Shown: positions 26,500 to 38,529, numbered from the whole stretch's first letter. The stretch is DNA of 63,837 nt, filler included, from Octopus bimaculoides (GCF_001194135.2; 6 parts of 6 records of this genome joined end to end with filler, not necessarily neighbours in it), one strand, 5' to 3'. The notes: generated by a model not told the origin, from the sequence alone. Numbers and translations are program-made.

Positions 26500-26640
26500 G
26501 TTTCTAATTTAGGCACCAGGCCAGCAGTTTTGAGGAAAGGTTATTAATTGGTAACACATTCTACCCGAAAGCTTAACTTCTTTTTTTTTTTATCGAGTCG
26601 GATAGAATGAAAGACCGTGGTAGGATTTCAATGTACAGTA
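26500..26640 (-). mobile_element. SINE family A, degenerate
   Basis: AATTTAGGCACCAGGCCAGCAG...TTTTATCGAGTCGGATAGAATGAAAG. Confidence 0.6.
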
Positions 26641-26739
26641 AGTGAAGAGTATTACAAAATTGAAGTGGTTCCATAAAAATCGAATGCGAATGATAAAAAT
26701 ATTATGTTAAAACTCTAACCAAGAGCCAAACAAGAAAAC

Positions 26740-28200
26740 TTATTGATCCATGACCACCCAAACCAAACAGGCATTATGCCCTCCCCTTCCTGTCATTACC
26801 TGGCTTCACCTGCCTTTCAACAAATTTTCAGGAGGAGGCAATCACTTTTCACTTCATCCTCATATTTCTTTGCTTGTGAAACTTGGAGAAATAGATGAGG
26901 TTTCGTTCAATGAAGAAAATGATTTGATCAGTCCTTTCTATTCCCTCATGCTTTTTCGCCAAAGCTACCAGAGAACTGTCTGTCTTCCCTGTCTAAAGAA
27001 TGGACTAGGTCGTTTGTTGGACTTTCCTGTACATAGCAACAATTGTTCAAATTCCTCAGGTCACCAATTTTCGGACAATGCTCTCGGATGACATTCTTCT
27101 GGATCAGATTGATCAGTTGATTCTCGTGGACGACTGCCCTTCAAAGTTCATTGGCACTGCCCTTTTCTTCCGATTCGGGAAATAAAAGAAAGTAAGGCTC
27201 TATAAAATGCTATTTGGAAGCTCTAGTGACTACGATGTTCGACTGGTAGAGTACGGTAAACAACTGACAACATTCCAGATAACAGATGTCCAATAATTTT
27301 CTTCGTTTGTTCCAGGAGTGCAGTTTCGTCAAGAAGATGAGCTGTAGGAAAACCTACCCAGCAAAGGGTAACCATAGTTGCCCACTGTTCAGGTCCCCAT
27401 ACTCGTAAGTAGAAGTAGTACTGCTGTGAGTGGATCTCGTTGCTGTTGTTGCTCTAGTAGATACTTCTTGTCTTTGTTGGCAGCAGTTTGAAGAGAGGTG
27501 CTCTTGATCTTAAAATTCGTAGCTTATAATGAGGATGATGGAATTTCATTTGCCGATTGTCAAGTTATAGCAGCTGTCACCCTAAGGCCGACAACCTTTA
27601 TCGTTTGTGGTTGTTTCTTATGTACTTTCATGTCTTCTGTACAGAAATCTTTTAGATGGGTATTGCTACAACTCGTGTAACAGCTAGATCATCTACCTCG
27701 GATATTGAGCTTTCAGTACCATTTGCAGACACAGTTCTGGTAATGCCTTATGGCGTTGGATTTTTATGTTTATGGTAATCTCATCGACTACATCGCCAAA
27801 TGTTACATCTGCGCTTACCATTTTTCTTTATTGTGCTACATAAAAAAAAAACAAAAACAGACTACTAGTTCGACGTTATGTCACCAATTTCCTCATAGCT
27901 AACCCTTCTTTTCTCCTTCCCAAATGCCGCAGAACCAGCTATGAGGCAGGTTTCTCGTATACTAATTGCATTTGAGCTTTACTTCATCCTCTGTTTACAA
28001 AGATGACAAATATGGTACCATACGCCCTCCCTCTCTCAATGTAAGAGATTTCATTTAAAATATCTTCCAGATATATCTCCAGCTGTGGTCTGGATAAGGA
28101 AATCTGTTGCATAATTCTTGCGAGCCTTTGTGAGTATGTAATTTCCTCAGATCAATTGGAATAAACGTTGAGAATTATCAGCGTGAAATTTGAGCATATC
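26740..28200 (-). mobile_element. Old L1/Tx1-like LINE remnant (ORF1 plus start of the ORF2 endonuclease)
   Basis: Minus-strand segments EIYLEDILNEISYIERGRAYGTIFVIF and AAFGKEKRRVSYEEIGDIT resemble Tx1-type ORF1; LINLIQKNVIREHCPK...HSLDR resembles the APE endonuclease DxxRxxHP...SxLDR motif. Many stops. Family assignment is by recall. Confidence 0.55.
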
Positions 28201-28224
28201 AAGAATCTAACAGATGACAATAAT

Positions 28225-28730
28225 GATAATAGTAATCCTTTCTAGTAAAGGACAAGGCCTGAAATTTTTTTCTTTTTTTTTTTTGTGGTGGTGGCAGTGG
28301 GAGGAATCGATTACATCGATCCCAGTGTTTCATTGGTACTTAATTTATTGACCCCGAAGGATGAAAAGCAAAGTCGACCTCGGTGGAATTTGAACTCAGA
28401 ACATAAAGACGGACGAAATGCCGCTAAGCATTTTGCCTGTTGTGCTAACGATTCTGCCAGCTTGTCGCTTTAATAATTATTCAATCCTTTCTACTTGAAT
28501 CCTTTCTAATAATCCTTTCTACTTGAAGCACAAGGCCTCAAATCTCGGGGACGGGATTAAGTCGATTACATCGAGCTCAGTGCAGAACTGGTACTTAATT
28601 TATCCACCCAGAAAGAATGAAAGGCAAATTCGACCTCGGCGGAATTTGAACTCAGAACGTAGCGAGGGGCAAAATACCGCTTAGCATTTCGTCCTGCATG
28701 CTAACGACTCTGCTAGCGCGCCGCCTTAGT
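28225..28730 (-). mobile_element. Two head-to-tail SINE family A copies with the alternative tail (AATCCTTTCTA)
   Basis: Copies at about 28225-28470 and 28490-28730; B-box reverse complement GGAATTTGAACTCAGAAC in both. Confidence 0.9.
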
Positions 28731-28746
28731 AATAATAATAATAATG

Positions 28747-28782
<36 letters not shown>

Positions 28783-29559
28783 TGTATGCGCGCGCGCGTG
28801 TGTGTATTAAAAAAGAGCCTGTTGGTCCAACAACCCCACGTCTTGAATGTGATGGAAGCCGCCGTGCTTACAATTCAAGAGTTGGCCCCACCAGTCAGCT
28901 ACGCCAATACGCTGAATGGNNNNNNNNNNNNNNNNNNNNNNNNNNNNNNNNNNNNNNNNNNNNNNNNNNNNNNNNNNNNNNNNNNNNNNNNNNNNNNNNN
29001 NNNNNNNNNNNNNNNNNNNNNNNNNNNNNNNNNNNNNNNNNNNNNNNNNNNNNNNNNNNNNNNNNNNNNNNNNNNNNNNNNNNNNNNNNNNNNNNNNNNN
29101 NNNNNNNNNNNNNNNNNNNNNNNNNNNNNNNNNNNNNNNNNNNNNNNNNNNNNNNNNNNNNNNNNNNNNNNNNNNNNNNNNNNNNNNNNNNNNNNNNNNN
29201 NNNNNNNNNNNNNNNNNNNNNNNNNNNNNNNNNNNNNNNNNNNNNNNNNNNNNNNNNNNNNNNNNNNNNNNNNNNNNNNNNNNNNNNNNNNNNNNNNNNN
29301 NNNNNNNNNNNNNNNNNNNNNNNNNNNNNNNNNNNNNNNNNNNNNNNNNNNNNNNNNNNNNNNNNNNNNNNNNNNNNNNNNNNNNNNNNNNNNNNNNNNN
29401 NNNNNNNNNNNNNNNNNNNNNNNNNNNNNNNNNNNNNNNNNNNNNNNNNNNNNNNNNNNNNNNNNNNNNNNNNNNNNNNNTGTGTCGATATAGATATAAA
29501 AAATGAAAAACATTTAGAAATTTTTGTCAAATTATTATTTTTATTTAAATCAATATTAT

Positions 29560-30300
29560 TGCATTATCCACTGTTATCAGACTAAATCAATATCGTTTTC
29601 CATCAATTGTTCGGTTGCATTTGTTTCATCTTCATCATCAATTTCTTGCCATATAACATCATCTTCCAATCCATCAAGTGCAATTGTTTTGCAACATTTC
29701 TTTTTTTGTAACTTCGAGTTATTGTATCAGAATCAATGAAGTTCCATGCTTGCTTTAGACATGATACAATTGGTTGCATTGAAGCCTTTTGAATTTTGCC
29801 TGAAATAGTAAAGTCATGATTGTGATTAGCTATGTATTTACAACATAATGCTTTCATATTTTGGCCTAAAGAGTTTATTGATGTAGACGTCCAGTGGCTG
29901 CAAAAGGCTTGTTAACTCACCAGGAATGACAACAAGCACTGTTTCGTGCTGTTGCAGACTATGCTTTTGTATTAACTGAAAGTAGCCAGCGCAAAGAATC
30001 CAATTTAAGCATTGATTTTAGTTGTTGTAAAGCAGCAGCGGGACGATTCCAAGCTAAATTAACCCATTCCTCAACTATATCATTATTGCACACCCAGTCC
30101 TTTTCATAAGCACGAACATTAACGCTATTGAAAATTGAATCCATTCAGACAGTTTTACTTTTACATTTCGATACGACATAAGGAATCGAGTAACCAGCAT
30201 TAGTAGCTATAGCTGGCATTACTTTTTCCCCAGTATTATCATTTTATAATTTCATTTACATATGTACGAGGCTTAGGATTCTACCAATGTTTCATTCCCT
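29560..30300 (-). mobile_element. Decayed pogo/Tigger transposase (DDE domain and C-terminus)
   Basis: Minus-strand VRAYEKDW...EEWVNLAWNRPAAALQQLKSMLKLDSLR, LLVIPGELTSLLQPLDVYINKLFR, QAWNFIDSDTITRSYKK and an acidic tail match pogo-type transposases. Confidence 0.85.
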
Positions 30301-30445
30301 TACTGGCTGCAAATTTTTGATAAGTTACATCTGCCAACATTATGAACTAATTCCGAGCCTTCAGAAACAAATGTCGGACTTGTAACGCCTTCTCCTCACT
30401 AATTCTTTGAGTCTATGTAATCTGAGAACTCGGCTCGATTAAAAG

Positions 30446-30497
<52 letters not shown>

Positions 30498-30597
30498 NNN
30501 NNNNNNNNNNNNNNNNNNNNNNNNNNNNNNNNNNNNNNNNNTTAATTAATTAANNNNNNNNNNNNNNNNNNNNNNNNNNNNNNNNNNNNNNNNNNNN
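30498..30597. other. Artificial 100-bp scaffold join
   Basis: 44 N + TTAATTAATTAA + 44 N. Confidence 0.9.
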
Positions 30598-30630
<33 letters not shown>

Positions 30631-31277
30631 CAAATAATATATGAGTATATGCATATATATGTACATGTATGACACTTATATATATATGTGGGTGTGTATG
30701 CATGTACGTTTTTCTATCTATATACATATATGTATATAGATAGATGATATATATACACATACATACATACATACATACATACATACATACATACATACAT
30801 AAGCATACAGAGTTCGATCTATTTATCACCCGAACTCTCAATCTATCACTTAACCCGACCAGCATCCGGTTGATCATCTCCTTTAAACAAAGCCAGCAAC
30901 TGTTAGGCCGTGCCACACGCCATTTCTGCGATTTGTCTTACTTTAAATGTCCTCAACCAAAGGCGAGACGCCATTTTCCCTCACAAAAGCTCATTAATCT
31001 GCCAAGAACGCTATTGTTTCAGACGTGCCTTTATACAAGCAAACGAGAACATAGACACACACGCCATTGTGGAAAGAGTAGCGTAGAGAGAGGAGGAGAG
31101 AGCGGAGAGAGGAGGGAGAGGGGAGGGAGAGGGAGAGAGAAGGAGTAAGACAGATACGGACAGAGAGAAGGAGAGAATTGCATATTTGACACATATGCAC
31201 TTACCTCACAATCACGGAAGTATGTGTGCGTGTGTGTGTGTGAGTGTGTGTATGCGTGTGTATGTGTATAGCTAGAT

Positions 31278-31323
<46 letters not shown>

Positions 31324-31893
31324 NNNNNNNNNNNNNNNNNNNNNNNNNNNNNNNNNNNNNNNNNNNNNNNNNNNNNNNNNNNNNNNNNNNNNNNNNNNNN
31401 NNNNNNNNNNNNNNNNNNNNNNNNNNNNNNNNNNNNNNNNNNNNNNNNNNNNNNNNNNNNNNNNNNNNNNNNNNNNNNNNNNNNNNNNNNNNNNNNNNNN
31501 NNNNNNNNNNNNNNNNNNNNNNNNNNNNNNNNNNNNNNNNNNNNNNNNNNNNNNNNNNNNNNNNNNNNNNNNNNNNNNNNNNNNNNNNNNNNNNNNNNNN
31601 NNNNNNNNNNNNNNNNNNNNNNNNNNNNNNNNNNNNNNNNNNNNNNNNNNNNNNNNNNNNNNNNNNNNNNNNNNNNNNNNNNNNNNNNNNNNNNNNNNNN
31701 NNNNNNNNNNNNNNNNNTATATATATATATATATAGGCATATATATGTGTATATATATATACGTGTGTAGATATTTATATATATATATATATGTATATAT
31801 ATATGCAGGTAGATATATAAACACGTGGTTATGCAGGTAGGCAGAGAGGTAGGAATATGCGTGTAGGTATCTATAGATAGCTATGCTTCTATG

Positions 31894-31924
<31 letters not shown>

Positions 31925-32018
31925 CGTAAAATATATATAGGGCAGTAAATTTTTAGAAAAATCACCACCAGTGGCCAAGCATGCATCAAAAGTCAATAGA
32001 CAACATATTCTCAATATA

Positions 32019-32516
32019 AAATAGTGTACATTTAAAGACAAGAGAAAACTGCCTTCAACAGGTAGTTTTTGCACGCTAGAAGAAGTAGTCAAAACGACCA
32101 AAACCACATTTAAGAGCAATCTTCAAAAGGAATGAAAGATAAAAACTTTCTACCTTGTTATTTTATTCCGGTCAGATCTAAGGTTTCAGTATTTTTTTAG
32201 CAAATAAAATAATTTGCTTGGCGAAATCCCCCTTCAGTGACCGCCCCATAACAACTAACATATTTATTTTTTATCTATGTGTCTCAGCCAAGTGGCTGCG
32301 GTCATGCTGGTGCACCACCGTGAAATTAAGAGACTTTTAACAAGTGTCTTCTCGTTATACATTATAATTTTTCAAACTCACAATGTGTGTGTCTATACTT
32401 TTCATTCCTTTTTCCCTTCTGAAGATTGCTCTTAAATTTGGTTTTGGCCTACTTCTTCTAGCGTGCAAAAACTACCTGTTGAAGGTAGTTTTCTCCTGTG
32501 TTTAAATGTACACTAT

Positions 32517-32517
<1 letters not shown>
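32019..32517. mobile_element. Foldback/MITE-like element with ~125-bp terminal inverted repeats
   Basis: Arms about 32019-32140 and 32398-32517; 32052-32088 is the exact reverse complement of 32449-32485 (37 bp). No unambiguous target-site duplication. Confidence 0.8.
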
Positions 32518-32558
<41 letters not shown>

Positions 32559-32560
32559 TG

Positions 32561-32595
<35 letters not shown>

Positions 32596-32685
32596 CTCGT
32601 CGCTGACACGTGACGAAAGGGGTTCTTTCTTTCTGCCCACTGCGTTCCTAAAGAACAGACCTGTTTTTTCTGTCTCTTCTAGCTT

Positions 32686-33043
32686 GGGTTCAGTCCCACT
32701 GCGTGGCACCTTGGGCAAGTGTCTTTTACTATAGCCTCGGGCCGACCAAAGCCTTGTGAGTGGATTTGGTAGACGGAAACTGAAAGAAGCCCGTCGTATA
32801 TATGTAAATGTATATATATGTGTGTATATGTTTGTGTGTCTCTGTTTGTCCCCCCACCCCAACATCGCTTGACAACCGATGCTGGTGTGTTTACGTCCCC
32901 GTCACTTAGCGGTTCGGCAAAAGAGGCCGATAGAATAAGTACTAGGCTTACAAAGAATAAGCCTTGGGGTCGATTTGCGCTCGACTAAAGACGGTGCTCC
33001 AGCATGACCGCAGTCAAATGACTGAAACAAGTAAAAGAGTAAA
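32686..33043 (+). mobile_element. SINE family B, 5'-truncated
   Basis: GGGTTCAGTCCCACTGCGTGGCACCTTGGGC...GACTGAAACAAGTAAAAGAGTAAA; closely matches 41908-42310 and 43850-44150. Confidence 0.9.
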
Positions 33044-33254
33044 ATGCATCTTTTAAGGATGTTAACTCTCTCATCAAGGGATTCTTGTGATTCGGGGAAA
33101 GATCTGAAGACTTCATGGAAGAGGTTAGCTTTCTGAAGAGGGTCTGATTGATGTCCTAACGCACTTGTCTCTCTGAAATTTATTTAGGGCATATATAAGG
33201 ATAGTGTCTTTCCCACCAAGGAGTTCTGATGATTCGGTGAAAGACCAGAACTCT

Positions 33255-33720
33255 AATTGCGAAGATTCCAAACATTTGAGCATACGTGCTTCTGGGGAAA
33301 GAGTAGTGTAGAGAGCACAAAATGAACAGCTTTGTCTGGTAGCAAGTCAAGAAATACGCTGGCAGACAGGAGCCAGTCGCTGTGCAGGTAAAATGACGAA
33401 AGCTTGCCTGGTACGGTCAGAGCTCCCTGTCTAAAGCCATTCTTTGGGGGCCACAATTGAAGAGCGGGCGAAAGAGAGGCAGACCCAAAAAATCCTGCTT
33501 TGACTGCATCGAGGACTGGACAGGTCACAACACAGTGAACCCACTACGCATGGCAGAGAATAGAGGCCAGTGGCGACGGCTGACTACGAGAGCTTCTACA
33601 GCGGCACTCCCCCCACCCCAACGATTGGCTGCATCGGGATCGTGATAATGATGATGATGATGATGATGATGATGGTGGTGATGATGAACATTATCATTGT
33701 GATCATGACCGTGATGATGA
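33255..33720 (+). mobile_element. RTE-clade LINE 3' end with (GAT)n tail
   Basis: RRFQTFEHTCF, QVKKYAGRQEP, RKLAWYG, LSKAIL and GRKRGRPKKSCFDCIEDWTG...RMAENRGQWRRL, followed by GGGATCGTGATAATGATGATG. Confidence 0.85.
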
Positions 33721-34249
33721 TCATGCGAGATTGACATTCCAGTGCATCTGCTGTTCTCTTGATTTTTACCATGTCACCAGGTGCAAATTTAATGACCGAA
33801 AACTTTTCCCGCAGCCATGAGGTTCTTATGAGTCGGCAAAAGGACTAGAAACCTATACGAAAGAGCCAAGCTTCTTAAAGAGAAGCGAGATTGTTGCTCG
33901 TGTGCATCGGGTCTTTCTTTTAAAGTTACCGAGTGCATATTAAAGAATTTTTGGCCTCAAACCTCCATGGGGTGGGGGGGTGTTCTTTCGGGATTCGAGA
34001 AGGGATTAGATAAAGCTTTCGAAATGTTTTCAATGTTGGGTTTGAAGAGATTACAGATATATTCAGATGGAAGTGACGAAGAGAGGGATATGTGTATGCT
34101 TGTTATGGTATGTGGGTGTTTGTGTGTGGGCAGTATGTATGTATGCACATCGGCATTTGAATGCGCGTGCACGGATGTGGAAATTTGCGCGTACCTGTGT
34201 GTAAATATTAAATACGTATATGTATAGGTATATATATACATATATATGT

Positions 34250-34291
<42 letters not shown>

Positions 34292-34475
34292 NNNNNNNNN
34301 NATATATATATATATATATATATATATATCGTATATGTGTGTGTGTGTGTGCGTGTGTGTGTGTGCGTGTGTGTATGTATGAGTGTGTGTACGTGTGTAC
34401 GTGTGCGTGTATGTAATATATGCATATATGCGTATAAGTACATTTATAAATGCATAGTTAAAGAAACAGACATTT

Positions 34476-34590
34476 AGATAGATAGGTAGGTTGGTAGGTA
34501 GGTAGGTAGATAGATAGATAGACAGACAGATAGACAGACAGACAGACAGACAGGTAGGTAGGTACGTACGTACGTACGTAGATAGGTAGG

Positions 34591-34650
<60 letters not shown>
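34476..34650. repeat. (GATA)/(GGTA)/(GACA) compound repeats
   Basis: Visible. Confidence 0.95.
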
Positions 34651-35339
34651 CATGTTTTTAAACTCTCGCTCCATTCACAGTATTTGTAAAATTTTCTTTC
34701 ATTAAAAATTATTCATTATATTCTTAAAATTCTTCCAAAAACTAAAGCTACGTGGAAGTGTTCAGGATATTTTTTTAAGCCCTTGTTTTATATTTGACTT
34801 TGTTTTATTATTCTTCAGTTCCCAAATGTGTGTAAAAGCTAAAACCGTTATTGTAGATCGGCCCTCTTAAATGTCTCATCACACGTCACCGTTGGGGCTA
34901 ATGTTACGCAAAGTATTCCCAGAGAAGTGACAGATGAAAGGGAAAGAGGGAACACTTGACCTTGTACGCTCTTGTTAATCTAGGATCTGTTGGGGGGGGG
35001 AAGGGGTCCTTGATTGGCCTTAGTTTGCTGTCAAAGCTACCCATCACCACTACCACTAACACCCCACTTTGGGGGATTTTTTTGTTGGTATTTCTTTTTC
35101 CTTTGGTTTTTCGTTATTTTCCTTTTGTTTTTTAATGTTTCCATGTGACACCCCCTCCTTGTACCCTGTACTCGATACTGTTCTCGATGTCTTTGAGCCC
35201 TTGAGGTTAATAAAGAAATCATCATCACCACCACCACCACCACCACCACCACCACCACCATCATCATCCTCACTTTCTAATAACGTTATTATTATTATTA
35301 TTATCATTATTGATATTGTAATTAATTTCTCGTCTTAAT

Positions 35340-35352
35340 TTCTTTCTCTCTT

Positions 35353-35412
<60 letters not shown>

Positions 35413-36071
35413 CCTCTAAATTTTTACCTACTTTTTCATCTTCTGTTCCTCCGCACACACACACACACACACACACACGCACTCAAACACACACAAACGA
35501 ATACACATATGTTCGACCTCAATGTTATTACTCCCTTCTCTCTCTCTCCCTCTCTCTCTCCCTCTCTCTTTCTCCCTCTCTCTCTCCCTCTCTATCTCTC
35601 TCACCTCGTCACACACTCTACTCCTAAACACACCCATGCACAGCCAGACTGAGATGCAGCATCGTTCGCTTTTCATCTAATTATCAGTCTTTCTCTCTCT
35701 CTCTCTCTTTCTTTCCCTCTCTTTCACCCTCTCTCTTTCCTTCATCTTCTCTCTCTCCTTCGCTCTTTCTCTTTCTTTCGCCCTTTCTCACTCTTTCTTT
35801 CAGCCACTCTCTCTCTCTTTCGCCACCCCCTCTCTCTCTCTTTCGTTCGCTCCCTCTCTCCCTCTTTCGTTCTCTTTCTTTTGTTTTCTTTCTTTCTTTT
35901 GTTCTTTCTTGCCTTCTTTCACTCTCTTTCCTTCTTCCTCCCTCTTTCTTTCGCTCTTTCACTCTTTCTTGCGTTCTCTTTCCTTCTTTTGCTCTCTCTT
36001 TCTATCACCTACTCTCCCTTTCATTCGTTTTCTCTCTCTCCCTCTCTCTCTCCTTCACACACACTCTCTCT

Positions 36072-36117
<46 letters not shown>

Positions 36118-36590
36118 GTCTTTCTCTCATTTTCTGTCTCCTCACTTCCTCACTTTCACATTCTTGCTCCAACTCTCTAACTCTCCTTTCTTCTTGTACA
36201 TCTCCTCTCCTACAAGTTCTTTCCTCTCTTCTTCCTCTCCTCTTTCTCTCTAACTCTCTCTCCTTTCACTCCCCCTCTTTTTTTTTCAAGCTCTTTCTCT
36301 CTTATTTTCCTCGCTCTTTCGCTCCTTCTTACTTTCTCTCTCTCCCTGCTTACTCCCTCACCCTTACTCTCTCGCAGCATCTCCCAAACCTCTCTTCTCT
36401 CCTTCTCTCTATCTCTCCATTCACTTTATACCTTTCCTCTCTCCTACTCCACTTTCTCTCAAGTTCTCCTCTCTCCTCTTACCCTTCCTCTATCCTCTAG
36501 CTCTCCTCATTAATTCTCCACCTCATAATCTCCCTCCCTCAATTATCCTCCTCCCTCTCTCTATCCATCTCCACCTCCTACTCCTTCATC
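35340..36590. repeat. ~1.2 kb polypyrimidine (CT-rich) low-complexity tract
   Basis: Almost exclusively C/T on the + strand. Confidence 0.9.
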
Positions 36591-36684
36591 ATAGCTGTAT
36601 GATATTATTAGTTCAAATTTTGCAGTCAAATCCGGCCGAGTCCATTGACAGCGTCACATCAAAGGGAGCCATAATTTAGATTTC

Positions 36685-37540
36685 GGTGGTGGCGGTCATG
36701 GTGGAGGCTAGAGGACAGATGATAGCAGTGGTTGTGATGGTAGTGTTAATGGCAGCCGTATTATACTGAGCGTGGGGCGAAGATGGTAGTGAAGCTGTTT
36801 AATTGCAGAATAGCCAGTTGGTGGTGGTGGTGGTGGTGGTGGTGGTGGCGGCTGCGGCGGCGGCGGCGGTGGTGGTGGTGGTGGTGGTGGTAGTGCAGGT
36901 GATGATAGTGGTTGTGGTAGTGGTGGTTACGATGGTTGTTGTCCTTGTCATGGTAGTGGTTGTGGTTGTGGTGGTGATTGTAGAAGCGGTGATGAGGTGG
37001 TAGTGAGACTGTTAATTACAGAGGTAGTAATTCATGCAAATGATAGCGTGATGATGATGATGATGATAGGAGTAGTGATTATGGATACTGTTGTAGTAAT
37101 GGTTGTGGTGCTGATATTTGTAGTGGTATTGGTTATAGTTGTTGCTGTTGCGGTGGTACAGGTGGTAGTTGTGATGGTTGTTGCGGTAGTGTTGGTGGGG
37201 GTAGTGGTTGTGGTAGTGTCGGGGGCGGAGATATCAGTGGGGATGATGATGATGATGGTGATGATGATGATAGCGACGGTGGTAGTTATGGTGGTGGCGG
37301 TGGTGGTGGTGGTTGTGGTGTTGCTATGGCGAGGGTCCTTACTGGTGTTGGTGGGGATGGAGATAAGGATGGGGCTGATTGTGGTGGTGATGTGATAACG
37401 GTAGTGGAGGAGGTGGTAGTGGTGGTGGTGTCAACGGCGATGGCGGTCACCGGAGTAGTAGTAGTAGTAGTAGTAGTAGTAGCAGTAGTAGTAGTAGTAG
37501 TAGTAGTGGTAGTAGTAGTAGTAGTAGTAGTTGTTGTTTG
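36685..37540. repeat. GGT/GAT/GTA low-complexity tract
   Basis: Visible; source of the poly-V ORFs. Confidence 0.9.
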
Positions 37541-37634
37541 GGTCGTATTATTTTGGGGATGCTAATAAGGGCGGATTATATGTTGTACTTTCTACATTAA
37601 ACATACTGGAATAGATTATAAGCGGACAGAGAAT

Positions 37635-37687
<53 letters not shown>

Positions 37688-38529
37688 ATATATATGTGTG
37701 TATATATATATGTATATGTATATATATGTATATATGTATATATATATGCATATATGTATATATATANNNNNNNNNNNNNNNNNNNNNNNNNNNNNNNNNN
37801 NNNNNNNNNNNNNNNNNNNNNNNNNNNNNNNNNNNNNNNNNNNNNNNNNNNNNNNNNNNNNNNNNNNNNNNNNNNNNNNNNNNNNNNNNNNNNNNNNNNN
37901 NNNNNNNNNNNNNNNNNNNNNNNNNNNNNNNNNNNNNNNNNNNNNNNNNNNNNNNNNNNNNNNNNNNNNNNNNNNNNNNNNNNNNNNNNNNNNNNNNNNN
38001 NNNNNNNNNNNNNNNNNNNNNNNNNNNNNNNNNNNNNNNNNNNNNNNNNNNNNNNNNNNNNNNNNNNNNNNNNNNNNNNNNNNNNNNNNNNNNNNNNNNN
38101 NNNNNNNNNNNNNNNNNNNNNNTATATATATATATATAGTTATAGTTTTCAAACACACCGTTAATGACTACTGCTTTAACTATATTCCTGTTTGTGTGTC
38201 TCATAACGAAGCGTCTAACTCAACTGGTTAAATATAACAGAGGCTATTTTTATTTCGAGTCATTTTCGAGGTTCCACCATTTACATTTTTACATGTATGT
38301 AAAGCTGTGCTTTGTGCCAGAATTAGCAGGTCAAGTGATGTGGTTGAGCCATGTTTCTACTCGTAAATTCCAGGTAAGTTGTTATTTAACTTTCCGTCAC
38401 ACCTGACCAAAGATTCTCCAGTGGGGTCCATATTACTCTTGAGAGTCCATAAGATTTGAGGGTCTATATGACCCTTGGGCGTCCCTATAAGATTTTGTTG
38501 TTAAAATTTTTTTGCAATGAAATTGTCTA

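Noticed and set aside
31198-31206. Minus-strand GAG|GTAAGT donor (also TAG|GTAAGT at about 152-160)
   Set aside because: No credible acceptor or open exon upstream; only CA-repeat or ordinary AT-rich sequence.
33967-34109. MGWGGVLSGFEKGLDKAFEMFSMLGLKRLQIYSDGSDEERD with a GTATGT donor nearby
   Set aside because: Looks protein-like, but I recognise no family, see no promoter or acceptor support, and it runs into a GT/AT repeat.
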